64,000 nucleotides of DNA from Candidatus Bathyarchaeota archaeon (GTDB lineage: Archaea; Thermoproteota; Bathyarchaeia; 40CM-2-53-6): positions 448,001 through 512,000 of the forward strand of contig CAVSBL010000002.1 in NCBI GenBank assembly GCA_963726255.1. The letters run 5' to 3'. Made by a program: the position numbers and the translations under genes. Positions 19,607 through 30,405 of the stretch are shown in pieces; position 1 is the stretch's first letter, and each line of letters starts with the position of its first letter. The notes below the pieces were generated by a model. The model saw only the letters and a program-made list of their open reading frames with translations. It did no database searches and had not been told where the DNA came from.

Positions 19607-20857
19607 GTGCCTAAAGCAGAAGTTGATTCAGCAGGTTACTATCGCTCTCGCAGAAACTTGGCGGACAATAGTTTCTTGACCCTGACCGTCAAGGTTAAGA
19701 CGCATCGGTGTGTGACAGAGCCGATTTGGAAGATGAGCTTCTCGAGTGAACGAAAGCGAAGAATCAAGAGGCTCCAAAGCTGGCTCGCCTCCCAGGACCT
19801 CGACGCCGCTGTATTTCTGAAAGAAGACATGGAACTGAACAATTACAACTACGTCTATTATGGTGGAAACCTTGCCTCGGAAGAGTACTGCGCCGTAGTC
19901 GTAGACACGTCAGGCAATAGCAGAGCGGTTGTTCAGGAGCACGCTTTCGAGAAAGTCGAATCTTCAGGTGAATTTCTGAAGGTAGTCGGAACGCGGCAAT
20001 CCACCGATCAACTAATCTCGAATGTGCGCGCGCTGACACAGTCATACCGGAAGGGCAGAGTGCGTGTTGATAGTGCAAGCTTAACTGCAATCGCATCGAA
20101 GAAGATGGAACGAATCGGCATCATGCGAGACGATGCGCTTACTGAATTCGTCTATGCGGAGCGCTCGCTAAAAAGCGCATACGAAATCAGCCAGATAGAA
20201 ACAGCGGTCAGGATTGGCGCGAAGGCTCTTCAGAGCACAATAGACTCGCTCAAGGCCGGAATCAAAGTTACCGAGATAGCCGTCGCGTTGAAGAAGTCAA
20301 TGCTTGACGAAGGCGCAGTGTCCGAATCCTTCACAACGGACGTAAGAATTAGAAGAGGCGTAAGCGAAAAGGAAGCTAATACGCTTGAGCGTGGCTCTCT
20401 TGTGCTGTTCGATTTCGGGGCCAGGCTTGAATCCCAGTACCTCTCCGACATGGGGCGGACAGTTCCTTATGGTGCGAACGGACAACTGCGAGATTTCATG
20501 AACGAAGTTTATGAAATGAAGAAATTGGGTTTGCGAAAGATCAGGGCTGGGAGGACAGGAAACGAAGTGAGAAGGGAAATCGACGAGCTGATTGGCGAAT
20601 ATGGGTACGCCTCGGTTCACAGGCCGGGCCATCAAATAGGATTGAACGTACACGAGCCATACGAACCGAACCTCGCATACGGGGAAGAAAACAACACGGC
20701 ACTGCGTGAAGGAAACATTGTTACATGGGAACCCGGAATAGGCCTAAGAAATCCGAAACTTGCCCCTGTTCGCTTCGGCCTTGCGCACATGGAGGACATG
20801 GTTCTGGTCAGTGGAGATTCGGAGATGATCGGCCACGTTCCTCTTGAGTTCCAATGA
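19607..20857 (+). CDS. M24 (Xaa-Pro) peptidase
   Basis: Metal ligands DFG, SDMGRT, GHQIG, WEPG, MEDMV; real start probably ATG near 19733. Confidence 0.88.
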   Translation: MPKAEVDSAGYYRSRRNLADNSFLTLTVKVKTHRCVTEPIWKMSFSSERKRRIKRLQSWLASQDLDAAVFLKEDMELNNYNYVYYGGNLASEEYCAVVVDTSGNSRAVVQEHAFEKVESSGEFLKVVGTRQSTDQLISNVRALTQSYRKGRVRVDSASLTAIASKKMERIGIMRDDALTEFVYAERSLKSAYEISQIETAVRIGAKALQSTIDSLKAGIKVTEIAVALKKSMLDEGAVSESFTTDVRIRRGVSEKEANTLERGSLVLFDFGARLESQYLSDMGRTVPYGANGQLRDFMNEVYEMKKLGLRKIRAGRTGNEVRREIDELIGEYGYASVHRPGHQIGLNVHEPYEPNLAYGEENNTALREGNIVTWEPGIGLRNPKLAPVRFGLAHMEDMVLVSGDSEMIGHVPLEFQ

Positions 20858-20981
20858 ACTAGCTCACGCAATATCGGTCATGATACCTCCGAAAGTCAAT
20901 GCTTTGAACTCTACACGGAGTGCTGGGCGTGATAGATCTCAAGGGAACTGTTTCTGAGATTGAAGCTTGGTTGTATGGGCT

Positions 20982-21353
20982 CTATTTCTTCTCCCTGAGG
21001 GCTTCGTTCTTTGCGATGCGTGCTTTGATGAGCTTTCTTATGAGCTCCACTGGGAGGGGTTTATTCATTGAGAAATGAACGGCGGACTTGGTTGTTTCAT
21101 ACCCCTTGAGCTCACGCTTGTGTTCGGCTATGACGGGTGGTCGAAGGAAGATTCCGATATGATTCTTGAACGCTGCGAACCAGACGAGCGCTCCGTGATA
21201 ATTGTAATATGGGATACGGTAGCTGATGCCCTCCACGGCCTCGGGTGCCGTTGCCTTGATGATCCTTCTGACCTCTAACAGCTTGGTCCGTGCCTCTTTC
21301 GGAGCCGCCTTAATGTAAGCGTCCACGTCTCTTGGAGTTTCTTTTGGCATCAT
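20982..21353 (-). CDS. DUF1801/YdhG-like protein
   Basis: DVDAYI..IIKATAPEAVEGISYRIPYY..FAAFKNHIG. Confidence 0.88.
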   Translation of the reverse strand: MMPKETPRDVDAYIKAAPKEARTKLLEVRRIIKATAPEAVEGISYRIPYYNYHGALVWFAAFKNHIGIFLRPPVIAEHKRELKGYETTKSAVHFSMNKPLPVELIRKLIKARIAKNEALREKK

Positions 21354-21556
21354 GCGTTCCGCCGGGGTATTCTCGCCGTGACTTGCTTCTCAAGCCATTC
21401 GTAGACGTGCACTGGCTGCTCGACAATGTTCAGCCTCACAACCTTCACTCCAGGTTGTTTTTGGGTCCACTTGTAAATTTCTTCTCCCTCGGTAATATTG
21501 GAGCATGCGATTGAAATGAACATTCGGAAACTGCACAGAAGGCTGTCATAATGGTA

Positions 21557-22795
21557 TCAAATGGTCCCAGAGCGCCTATATGTGCATGAACTTCCGAGAG
21601 CATCACTACTACCCCGGGTACCCAACTGCTTGGATGGGGAATAGATCAACTGGACCGCGGCCAAGGAGATGCAGGTCGCTGCGATCGCGAAGGCGAACAG
21701 GCCGATGCTTCCATAGGCGTCTTCTACTATGCCTCCTGGGATCGGACCGAAGCTCCAGAGAGTCGAGTTAATCATCGAGAAGAACCCTAGATACTCTGCC
21801 CTCCTGCCGTCTGGCGCTGTCTTCGTGACCCAGCTCAGCATGGCAGGGCTTACTAGCCCGAAACCCACGTAGTAAATTACCCAGCCCGGAACCAATTCGA
21901 CCCACGTTCCCGATAAAGCGAGAGCAATCAAAGCGACGGCCACGATCAGTGTTCCGTAAGCGTATCCTCTAATCTCTCCCAACCGGTCAACGCTTCTACC
22001 CAGCCGGGCGCCAAGAGCCACGGTGGTTACCAGGCCGGCAACAGCGACCAAGCTGACTTCGAATAAGCTGGCACCGAGCATGTAAGCGTAGGTGCCTAGG
22101 AAGGCTGTAACGGCGCCGGTTCCGAGAGTTCTTATCGAAGTGGCGACCGAGAAGACTGCGACATCCCTCATCTCGCGTACCGGTCTCCGCCTCTTAACCG
22201 CTTGGATGCGGCTCTCTGGAACGGCAACTAACAAGAGCAGGAGGTTTGCTGCCATTGCGAGTCCGACTAGGTAGAAGATAGCGTCCAAACCGAACAGGTC
22301 GGCCACAGCGCCCGCTCCTAAGATTCCCACAATTGAACCGACGGCACCCACTGCGCTGATGAACCCGTAACCCCGTGCCCTCTGCTCTACAGGCGTTATG
22401 TCGGCCACGAATGCTTGCAACGCGGTTGAGCCGATAGACAGAAGACTCTCAGCAATCAGGAAGAAGAGACTAACCACAAGGAACCCATTGACGAAGGGTA
22501 TTAGGACGAAGAACGGAAGGGAGGTTGCCTCTCCGAAGATCAGAAGGATTCGTCTGCGCCCCAACTTATCGGAAACCCTCCCAGCGAACGGACCGATGAG
22601 ACTCGATGAGACGTAGGCGAAGGAGAAAGCTGCCAGACCTTCAGCCACGGATACACCATCCCTCTGGACGACGAAAAGCACAAAGTACACGGTGAACACG
22701 CTTGACCTGTTGTTGGAGAGCATCTGGTAGATGGATAGCATCGTGAGCGTACGATTCGCTGTAGGTAGAATACCTCTTCCTCTTTCACTCTTCAT
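21557..22795 (-). CDS. MFS transporter
   Basis: GRVSDKLGRR motif A; about 12 TM segments. Confidence 0.9.
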   Translation of the reverse strand: MKSERGRGILPTANRTLTMLSIYQMLSNNRSSVFTVYFVLFVVQRDGVSVAEGLAAFSFAYVSSSLIGPFAGRVSDKLGRRRILLIFGEATSLPFFVLIPFVNGFLVVSLFFLIAESLLSIGSTALQAFVADITPVEQRARGYGFISAVGAVGSIVGILGAGAVADLFGLDAIFYLVGLAMAANLLLLLVAVPESRIQAVKRRRPVREMRDVAVFSVATSIRTLGTGAVTAFLGTYAYMLGASLFEVSLVAVAGLVTTVALGARLGRSVDRLGEIRGYAYGTLIVAVALIALALSGTWVELVPGWVIYYVGFGLVSPAMLSWVTKTAPDGRRAEYLGFFSMINSTLWSFGPIPGGIVEDAYGSIGLFAFAIAATCISLAAVQLIYSPSKQLGTRGSSDALGSSCTYRRSGTI

Positions 22796-23095
22796 CGAGT
22801 TGCGCCTAGATTCACTGGACGGCTCTCCAGAGGAGCCAGAGTTCCATGGGATCCGTCAACGCTTGTCAGCTCAAGGTTGCAATCAGTCCGGTACCGTGCC
22901 TTGAGTCGCTTTGCGGGATGAGAGAACGGCCTAGCTTCATGCTTGGCCCCTGAACCCGTAGGTGCCGTTTAAGGCCTTCTCGAAGTGGGTGTTTGAACAT
23001 ATCTCCAACTTCTTCGAGTAAGAGAAGAGCTTCTCCATCGCCTCCGCAATCTCAGGTGATGCCTAGCCCGAAACGCGCCCAACCATGGTCCGCTT

Positions 23096-23308
23096 TTGGG
23101 CTCGACGCTGCAAAGCTTGCGACGTGGCCGACCAACGGAAATAGATTACCTGAACGGGGAAATAGTGCAATGTGGTCGACGTTTAGGAGTGCCCACGCCG
23201 TTAAATGCCCATGTCGTTGAACCCGTCCACCAAGTCGAACAGACCGGCAAATTCCTCTCGGCAGACGCCATCAAGCACAAAATCAAAGAAACACAAGGCA
23301 ACGCGTGA
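23096..23308 (+). pseudogene. Ketopantoate reductase (PanE) C-terminal fragment
   Basis: STLQSLRRGRPTEIDYLNGEIV..GVPTPLN; no N-terminal Rossmann domain. Confidence 0.75.
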
Positions 23309-23423
23309 GAACGCATCGGAGACATGGGGCTAGTGTTGGTGATGTTTTTACCTCTGGGCGTGTGAACCCATGGGAAGCCACCCGAAAAGAAACCGCACTG
23401 AGAAGCCTTCTTGGGGAAGGGTC

Positions 23424-23450
23424 CCGGGTTCAAATCCCACCGGCCCTACG
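23424..23450 (+). repeat. Family-B tRNA 3'-half remnant
   Basis: CCGGGTTCAAATCCCACCGGCCCTACG. Confidence 0.72.
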
Positions 23451-23492
23451 ACTTTCGTGGGTTCAATCGAAACCCATATACGCGGCCTAGGC

Positions 23493-23713
23493 CAACCGCG
23501 GTCTCATTCCGTACAAGGGTTTCGACGCGCTCAAGGCGAAGATAACCAATCCCGTGATCCGCAAGTGGGCGGACACGCTCAAGGCCAAGTCTCGCACCAA
23601 GCTCTTCACATTGCTCCAGTTCTGGGACTGGGCTAGTGAAGTGATTGCTAAAGACCCTAGAACTGGGGAGGAGAAGGTGCGCTACTGGAAGTCGGGGGAG
23701 GAACTGCTTGCTG
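23493..23713 (+). pseudogene. Possible N-terminal fragment of an archaeal tyrosine integrase
   Basis: NPVIRKWADTLKAKSRTKLFTLLQFWDW..SGEELL lies just after a tRNA fragment; resemblance judged by eye. Confidence 0.35.
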
Positions 23714-23714
23714 A

Positions 23715-24293
23715 CTATGACCGTTGTGCTTCTTCTAGTTTCCTTTCTAACTCAGCAACTTCTTTTCTTTTTTCTGTTAGTTGTTCGGCAAGCAGGACTT
23801 TTAGTTTGGCTTTTTTTTGAACCGTCAAATAATATCCTTTCTCAATCTCTTTCCCTCCAGTCAATGCTGTTGCATCTTTAGAGCCGAATACAATAAGTTC
23901 TCCCGGATTGGCCTCCAAGAATGCGGTGTTTGCAAGCACTTCTGATGCGTCTGCAAGTCTTTTGCCTTTATCTGCGGCCTTTTCGACCTTAGTTGGAGGA
24001 TCTGTTGAACTTACTTTTTTCTTTGCAAAGCTCAAGTTTCCGGCTTCGTCAACCTGCACCACCCGAGCACGAAAGCCGCCCCCGATGCCCGAAAAGATGC
24101 TAACCATGCCCCTGCCGTTTTTGTGGTAGTAGAGGCCCGCGGCCAAAGGCCTTCCAGCCCTTATGCTTTCAGTAGCATTTTTGTAAAAAAAAGTTCTTTG
24201 GCTCCATTTAGTGCCTTCTGCAAAGGCTTCATCACTAGTTACTTTAGTAGCAAATATTTTTGATTCTGTCCTTTCTCTTGCGGATGCGCTCAT
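23715..24293 (-). CDS. Hypothetical protein with C-terminal coiled coil
   Basis: 192-aa ORF in an AT-rich segment. Confidence 0.55.
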   Translation of the reverse strand: MSASARERTESKIFATKVTSDEAFAEGTKWSQRTFFYKNATESIRAGRPLAAGLYYHKNGRGMVSIFSGIGGGFRARVVQVDEAGNLSFAKKKVSSTDPPTKVEKAADKGKRLADASEVLANTAFLEANPGELIVFGSKDATALTGGKEIEKGYYLTVQKKAKLKVLLAEQLTEKRKEVAELERKLEEAQRS

Positions 24294-24389
24294 ATTATCA
24301 CATTGAAATTAGTGAAATTTCAAGGTTTGAGTCGGAGTCAGACTAGTTCTGAGGTAGGTAGGATCGGGAACTAAATGAACCCACCGTAC

Positions 24390-24417
24390 GGGAGGTTCAA
24401 ATCCCAACGGTCCTACG
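24390..24417 (+). repeat. Family-B tRNA 3'-half remnant (degenerate)
   Basis: GGGAGGTTCAAATCCCAACGGTCCTACG. Confidence 0.55.
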
Positions 24418-24640
24418 ACGTGCACCTGTTGCGTTAAGGGCTAGTCGACTTCACGGGCTTCGAAAGAAACCGAATTTCTGCGGAAGGAATACGCCAAAGT
24501 CGAAAAACGGTTCTTCGTATGAGCGTTGTCCGTTAATGCTATTTGGGCGTGTGGAGTGGTGATTGCGTTCGACGGGAGAGTGGCCCTTGGTCTGGTTGCA
24601 AACGACCTGCCGAAGTTGTCTAACCTTCATATGAAAACAT

Positions 24641-24740
24641 GCGGGGGTTGCCAAACCTTCGTCGAGGTTTTTGGCCAGTCGTAAAGTAGAACCCTCATGG
24701 AACCCACGATATTGGTGGGTTCGTATCCCAATGACCCCAC
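24641..24740 (+). repeat. Chimeric tRNA-like element, copy 2
   Basis: 22-bp and 19-bp blocks identical to 17098-17119 and 17171-17189. Confidence 0.65.
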
Positions 24741-24830
24741 GACTGATCGCGTCCTATCTTGCTGCAAACTAAGAACAGAAACGGTTCAAAATGAGGCGAT
24801 GAAGTAGCCCCACCGAGAATTTCAATTAAG

Positions 24831-24847
24831 TCCCACCGGCCCCACCA
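24831..24847 (+). repeat. Family-B tRNA 3'-end remnant
   Basis: TCCCACCGGCCCCACCA. Confidence 0.6.
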
Positions 24848-25065
24848 TATCATGGGATTAATAGCTAGTTCTTACTGTGTTCCACTCATTTTGAGCCGTT
24901 TTTGCATCAGTTCACGAAGTTTTGCCAAAGCTCTCCTCACTTGTCCTTGTGCCGGTCCACCAGATGTCCTCGAAAGCCCTTTGCTGACTCAGATGTCTTA
25001 TTATTGGCCCTGAGTTTTCTGCTTGCTAGAATGCCTTATCTCTAGTTCTGTCCCTGCTTTAGTGC

Positions 25066-25431
25066 ATGCCGATTGAAGACATTGTCGGGAATACGGAGCT
25101 TCTAAGGCGAGTCTTGGAACACTACAGATACCGACTGGACAACTTCACGAGTGATGAAGAGATCAAGCCGCTGATAAGCGGGCCGGTGAGACGATACCTT
25201 ACCTTTGGCCAGTTGAAGTCACTGGTTTCCGAAGCCCTGATCGAATTAACTAAAGACAAAGACAATGCAAACCTGAAGCTACCGCTGTACAGCGACCTTC
25301 TGAGGTCTGCGGCTCGTCAATACCTAAAGGACCTAGAACGAATTAAAGAGAAAGCCAGCCAGGAGCTGCCAGACAGCAAACTGAGAGAAATAGAGTTGGA
25401 CATAGAAGCCGCGAAGGAGTGTCTTCGTTAA
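25066..25431 (+). CDS. Hypothetical protein
   Basis: 121-aa ORF with plausible helical composition. Confidence 0.55.
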   Translation: MPIEDIVGNTELLRRVLEHYRYRLDNFTSDEEIKPLISGPVRRYLTFGQLKSLVSEALIELTKDKDNANLKLPLYSDLLRSAARQYLKDLERIKEKASQELPDSKLREIELDIEAAKECLR

Positions 25432-25449
25432 ACGTTCTCACCAACTTTT

Positions 25450-25824
25450 CTACAAAGTCAATGCCTGCAAATCTTGCTTCAGGTAAGTGATTAACAATTG
25501 CTGATAAATTTTAGCGGCTGATTCGTACTCTCGCATCCTTTCTTCTCCGAGCAAATTCCACACAGCCTTTGCTAAGGTCGGGAGAAAATACGGTGCAAGA
25601 TACATTATCCTTTTTGGAACTATCCTTCTGTTTTGCAAGACATGCTCAAATATTCGCGTCAGTTCCGGATGTCGCATTGAAACAAACCGAACTTTTTCCG
25701 CACAAATCGGAACACAATACTCGATTTCCCTCAGAACCTCTTCTCTTGCTCTTTGCTGGAAATTATCTAACATCTTTTGTTCACGTTCAAATCGCTCTTC
25801 CGGTTTCACATTGTGCTCGCACAT
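25450..25824 (-). CDS. Hypothetical protein
   Basis: 124-aa ORF convergent with the previous one. Confidence 0.5.
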   Translation of the reverse strand: MCEHNVKPEERFEREQKMLDNFQQRAREEVLREIEYCVPICAEKVRFVSMRHPELTRIFEHVLQNRRIVPKRIMYLAPYFLPTLAKAVWNLLGEERMREYESAAKIYQQLLITYLKQDLQALTL

Positions 25825-25982
25825 TCAATGCGGTGAGAGGGGCTCGTGTGATAAGTAGCGTCTCGGCAAATTCAGACATACGGGCGCATGGGATTTCACC
25901 CATCGGCGATTTTGCTCCGCGCTTCTGTCGCCTCACTGCATTCGTCCTTCTAGCCCAAGGAGTTTCTCATGGCCGAACAAGA

Positions 25983-26213
25983 CTATTCTATGACGATTGT
26001 TGTAACGGTGGAACGGACGCCGGGAAGTCGCCGTATCTTCCATGTGATGATCTCTTTCAACCCATCCATCGAATCAGCTTCAACTTTCGCAATCATGTCG
26101 TAGATACCGTAAGTTCGGTGGCAGTCCTTCACATTCGGAAGCTTCCGAACTTCTTTGAGCACCTCCTCTTCCGAACCCGGCTCAACGTTGACCAAAACAT
26201 AGGAAACAGGCAT
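25983..26213 (-). CDS. Lrp/AsnC ligand-binding domain protein
   Basis: YVLVNVEPGSEEEV..TYGIYDMIAKVEA..IRRLPGVRSTVT. Confidence 0.92.
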   Translation of the reverse strand: MPVSYVLVNVEPGSEEEVLKEVRKLPNVKDCHRTYGIYDMIAKVEADSMDGLKEIITWKIRRLPGVRSTVTTIVIE

Positions 26214-26363
26214 AACAGAACCTCATCAAACACCTCCAAAGTACGGGTAAAAGCCTTCCCTATGAGTGAACGAAGCCGAAGATTCTCTATGTATCGACTG
26301 AAGCATTACCAGCTTAAAGTAGAGAGAAAATCTGTTGTAGTTCCAGAATGTGTCCAGGAGACA

Positions 26364-27065
26364 TTATGGCTGCGGTCCCAAACCTAGTGCTCTCAGTAGT
26401 TCTTTCGATGGTTTGAGATCTGAAAAAACCCAAGTCGCATTCGCTTGAGATAACTGCTCCAATGAGAATATGCCGCTAGCGATCCCGATCGACGTAGCCC
26501 TAGCCGCGTTGGCTGCGCTCATATCTCTGGGCGTGTCACCAACAATCATAACGTTCTTGCGGTCTGACAGCTTATAGTTCGCCACGCATGTCCTCACAGC
26601 GTCTTCAATCAGGCGGTTGCGGTCAAAATAAGTGTCAGCGTAGAAATGTTCTGCGAAATATGAATCGATTCCCGTGACCCTCAATTTCTCGGTGGCAACT
26701 GCTGAAAGGTTGCCGGTGAGCACTCCTAGAATATGGTTTTGTGATTTTGTAAGAATGCGCAACAGTTCTTCGACTCCTTCGTTTAGTATGGGTCTTTTTT
26801 TCATGTCGCGATAAATCTCGCCCATCCGCGTGAGAACTTTGGAGAGGAAGTATTCTACATTCTCGTCATCTAAGCCGGTCTCAGCCAGAAGTATCTTGCA
26901 GATCTGAGGATCCACCATGCCTGCAAAACGCGATGGGATTACTGACGGCTCCATGCCGACGACATCATGTATAGTTTTGAGATACCGGCGTCTTTCATCC
27001 TCTTCAGCCGCGGAACTCGATACTAGCGTCCCATCAATATCGAACAGAACTATATGCACGATCAA
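26364..27065 (-). CDS. HAD-superfamily hydrolase
   Basis: LFDIDGTL, LTGN, IVGDTPRD. Confidence 0.92.
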   Translation of the reverse strand: MIVHIVLFDIDGTLVSSSAAEEDERRRYLKTIHDVVGMEPSVIPSRFAGMVDPQICKILLAETGLDDENVEYFLSKVLTRMGEIYRDMKKRPILNEGVEELLRILTKSQNHILGVLTGNLSAVATEKLRVTGIDSYFAEHFYADTYFDRNRLIEDAVRTCVANYKLSDRKNVMIVGDTPRDMSAANAARATSIGIASGIFSLEQLSQANATWVFSDLKPSKELLRALGLGPQP

Positions 27066-27171
27066 CTAGATCCGCCCTATCTGGACCGTCTGCAGCTCCC
27101 CACAATAAGAGGAAGCCCTGTCCCATGGAAACCGCACAACAAGCAGATCTCTAGAGGCCAGAACTTCGTAA

Positions 27172-27404
27172 CGGTCGGAAGTGTTAAACATGCAATAGCG
27201 ACATTAGATCTACATGTGATTTCTGTGCCGAAGAAGAAGAAACCAAAGAAGAAAAAGTAACCAAAGAACCAAGCATTTCCATTGCGGCAACGAGCAAGTT
27301 GAAGTAGGTAAGTTAGAGCCCCCGAAGCTCTTCCACTGAAACCCTACTGCCCCTAGGAACCTATGTTTTTTAGGCGATGAATGCCGCATTCGCGGATGCG
27401 GTGC
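27172..27404 (+). repeat. About 230-bp repeat, copy 1 (contains micro-ORF 27225-27260 MPKKKKPKKKK and a GC hairpin)
   Basis: Highly similar to 36014-36244. Confidence 0.85.
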
Positions 27405-27520
27405 TCTCTGGCTTGCACCTCGCGGCCACACTACGCCCGGAAGGGACTCACGCTTGTCAGATTCTGGAGTAGGGGCGCCGCTTCCCATTCATTGTTAGAA
27501 CGGCTTGGCAGGAGTCCAGT

Positions 27521-27953
27521 GATGAGGAAGATGAGAAACACGTGTCTCGAGTACGGGTGCGTCAAATGCTGTTTGAATACGGATATGCTGCTGAGCAGTT
27601 CAGACATCGTTCGCATAATGGGCCTTGTTTTCTCTGAGGATTTCTTCATCGTCAAGAAGAACGGGAACCGCCAGCTCAAGAATCTGTCGGGGAGATGCGT
27701 CTTTCATAACGGTCAGCGATGCACCATCTACAATTATCGGCCTGAAGGTTGTCGGCTGTACCCTGCCATTTTCTATGAAGACACGGGAGAAACAGACCTC
27801 GATTCATACTGCCCACATCACGGAAAGTTTCAATTGACGCCATGTATTCACGCGAAGTCATCAAACTCATTCAAAAATTGGATGTGGAGACGAAGAGACG
27901 ACTCAGATCACGTTGACTTGGTCTCGCCGTTGTTCGCACAAATGTCAGTCTGA
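27521..27953 (+). CDS. YkgJ-family cysteine-cluster protein (probable frameshift near the 3' end)
   Basis: CLEYGCVKCC..RCVF..CTIYNYRPEGCRLYP. Confidence 0.8.
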
Positions 27954-28465
27954 AATCACAACCGAAAAGTATTCAGACCTTCATCTCTCATCTGAGACAA
28001 CACGGAAACATTACGGCAGGTTAAATGCCCAAAATGCGGCAGATACTACATAGCGGACGTAGATAGTTCTCAATGTCCACATGAACCAATTTGACCGCAG
28101 ACCGCAGCTATTAACTGCACAGCATGGGCTAGACAGAGCAAGTGACCATTCCACGGCGACTTCCTCCTAATGTCATGGGACGTAAGGTTGATGGTCGGGG
28201 TTCACTCTCGATAGGACAAGCTTACCAGAACGATTTAATACAGTGTGACAGCACCGGCACTCCCGAGGTATTGTAATGGTAAACTGTGCCAAATGTGGGA
28301 AGGAGATTCCTTCAGGGCAAGAGGTTAAGAAAGGTTTCCTGATGAAGAAGAGCTACCACAAACAATGCATCTAAGTAGAAACCTCTAACCTGAATAACAC
28401 CAGCGCAACCGCCCCTGATCTTCACAAACCTATCCTCTTTTTTGAGGGCCTCTTTAGGGCTTGAA

Positions 28466-28849
28466 CTAATGTGAAAGCCTCTCGCGAACCTCGAAATAGT
28501 GTCGGTATCCTTTCGCGTCCTCCTCGTAATCATACTTCGTCAGCGTGCGCCGGTCAATGTACAAACCTGACCCAAGGTGATCCATCTGCATATTTCTTAG
28601 GCGAGTTGTCTGAACGTCGAGAATGTCCACGTAGTTCAGGCCCTCACTCGGCTTCCACTCTGTGACTGGGGAGGGCTCACTCATCGTGATGAGCTTCAAG
28701 AAGTGTCTGGGAGAACGCTGTTCACTGTGGCCACCTCGACAAACAAAAACCTTCGATTCCATGAAATCATTGAAATGCTCATAGCTTCCGGTGAACTCAA
28801 ACCGGACACCGCATTTTTGGCAGCAACACAAGAAGACACGATTTGACAT
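28466..28849 (-). CDS. Hypothetical protein with Zn-binding N-terminus
   Basis: CQKCG..CRGGH. Confidence 0.55.
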   Translation of the reverse strand: MSNRVFLCCCQKCGVRFEFTGSYEHFNDFMESKVFVCRGGHSEQRSPRHFLKLITMSEPSPVTEWKPSEGLNYVDILDVQTTRLRNMQMDHLGSGLYIDRRTLTKYDYEEDAKGYRHYFEVRERLSH

Positions 28850-29081
28850 GGACCTCTATAGTCCGCTCACCTAATAGACGTCCCTATCAGGAATCGCAAA
28901 CAGCAAGCCATCAAATCCGCCACAAAAACCGAAGTGTTGTTGCGACATCACTGAGAGCCAACATGGTATTCTACCATAGGAGCATGCGGAACGTAGGGTT
29001 CAATCGTGAATGGCATCAGCTAAGGATTGGAGATAACTTGGAAGTCACACTGAAAACGTAGCGAGTTTCAGTAGACGTCAG

Positions 29082-29123
29082 TTTTCGTGTGTGTGGGTAA
29101 CGTGGTGCGGGCAACCAAATTTG
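29082..29123 (-). repeat. Family-A site
   Basis: TTTTCGTGTGTGTGGGTAACGTGGTGCGGGCAACCAAATTTGG. Confidence 0.7.
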
Positions 29124-29177
29124 GACAAAAGGATGCAAGTGAAGGAAAGATATCCGATCCACACTAAAGCAGGGGCT

Positions 29178-29597
29178 CTAGACCGCGCCCCACGTGTGCT
29201 CACAGTTGCAGTAGCTTTTGCCAAAGTCATCATTGCTTGCGTTGCGGGTTTCGCTTTTGAATTCGAAATTCCTTACCCTTGCGGGATACTCGTTGTAGAA
29301 TATACCGTGCCAAAGTGGTCCCAGTAAGGGTTGCGATATGTTCCAGCAGCATCGTGCGTATGTTTCCATCTCAATGCTGATCTTGATTTGAGGGGAGGAG
29401 GCGTTCAAGCTGAATATTGGTAGGTCATTCTCATAGTGCTTGGTTATTTTGACGTCTTTCGTAACATGCTCCTTCCCTTCATCGGGGTCGTAGAAGTTAA
29501 GGGTCTTTGAAACCATTCTTTCACCCCAATCCATAGTACTCTCATGAGATCTCGTATTATTGGTCACACTTGATTTCGTCGCCCATCTCAAATACAA
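29178..29597 (-). CDS. Hypothetical protein, probably a C-terminal fragment
   Basis: Beta-rich ORF ending NCEHTWGAV; the N-terminus looks non-native. Confidence 0.4.
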   Translation of the reverse strand: MYLRWATKSSVTNNTRSHESTMDWGERMVSKTLNFYDPDEGKEHVTKDVKITKHYENDLPIFSLNASSPQIKISIEMETYARCCWNISQPLLGPLWHGIFYNEYPARVRNFEFKSETRNASNDDFGKSYCNCEHTWGAV

Positions 29598-30163
29598 GAA
29601 GGCTAAGATCTACTCACGAAGGCGCTCTTGCTGTTTCTTCGAGTATCTGCAACCACAGACTGCACAGCCATGAAATCCTGAGTGAAGTCGACTCAAATGA
29701 TGACAAACATTGCAGCACCATCGTCGATGAGTCGTCCAATGATGTTCATGCAGTCGGTCGATTGAACGAAATATCTTAGGTGGGTGACACAATTTACAAT
29801 GGCTCAATGGTTGAAATCACTCTTCCTTCGTATCGGTATAGAACAGAGTACAACGTCAAGTCGGCTTAATGGTTGCCAATATACAGAATATAATGAGAAT
29901 AAGGTGTCAAAGGGAGTGCACCCCCCTCAAAAAAGGGCGGCTTTGCGTTGTTTCGTCTTCTCGCGTGCTTTCGCCACCTTCTTATCTCTACCAGCCGTCC
30001 ACGCCTTTTTAGCTCCCCTACTTCTCTTGCTTGCCATACACTAGTCACCTCTCAGATACAACATGGCACTGACACTCGAATAGAACTTCCGATTACATCA
30101 TGCCTGGGGGCATTCCAAAGCATTAAGACTAGTGCCTGGGCTCTCTAATGTTGGCAAATCCGA

Positions 30164-30322
30164 ATGTCAGAAACACCTTGCCCCAAGTGCCAATCTAACA
30201 TGGTTGCAGGCAGTATCGTAGTTCTTGAAAAGGAAGTAGTTGGAACAACAGCAGGAATGAGACTCTATACTAAGATATGCAAGGATTGTGGTTACACAGA
30301 ACTTTATGCGCAAACTCCATAG
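30164..30322 (+). CDS. 52-aa zinc-ribbon microprotein
   Basis: CPKCQSNM..CKDCGYTELYA (below the ORF-track cutoff). Confidence 0.65.
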   Translation: MSETPCPKCQSNMVAGSIVVLEKEVVGTTAGMRLYTKICKDCGYTELYAQTP

Positions 30323-30405
30323 CTTATTGCGTACTCAGCAGACGGTTTTTGAGACAATGAAGAACTGATCACAGCAGTCATGAACTTGACGTTACCCTAC
30401 TTGGG

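Noticed and set aside
25569-26387. 272-aa + strand ORF and similar long antisense ORFs (42848-43513, 43776-44414)
   Set aside because: They overlap better-supported genes or remnants and lack recognisable motifs
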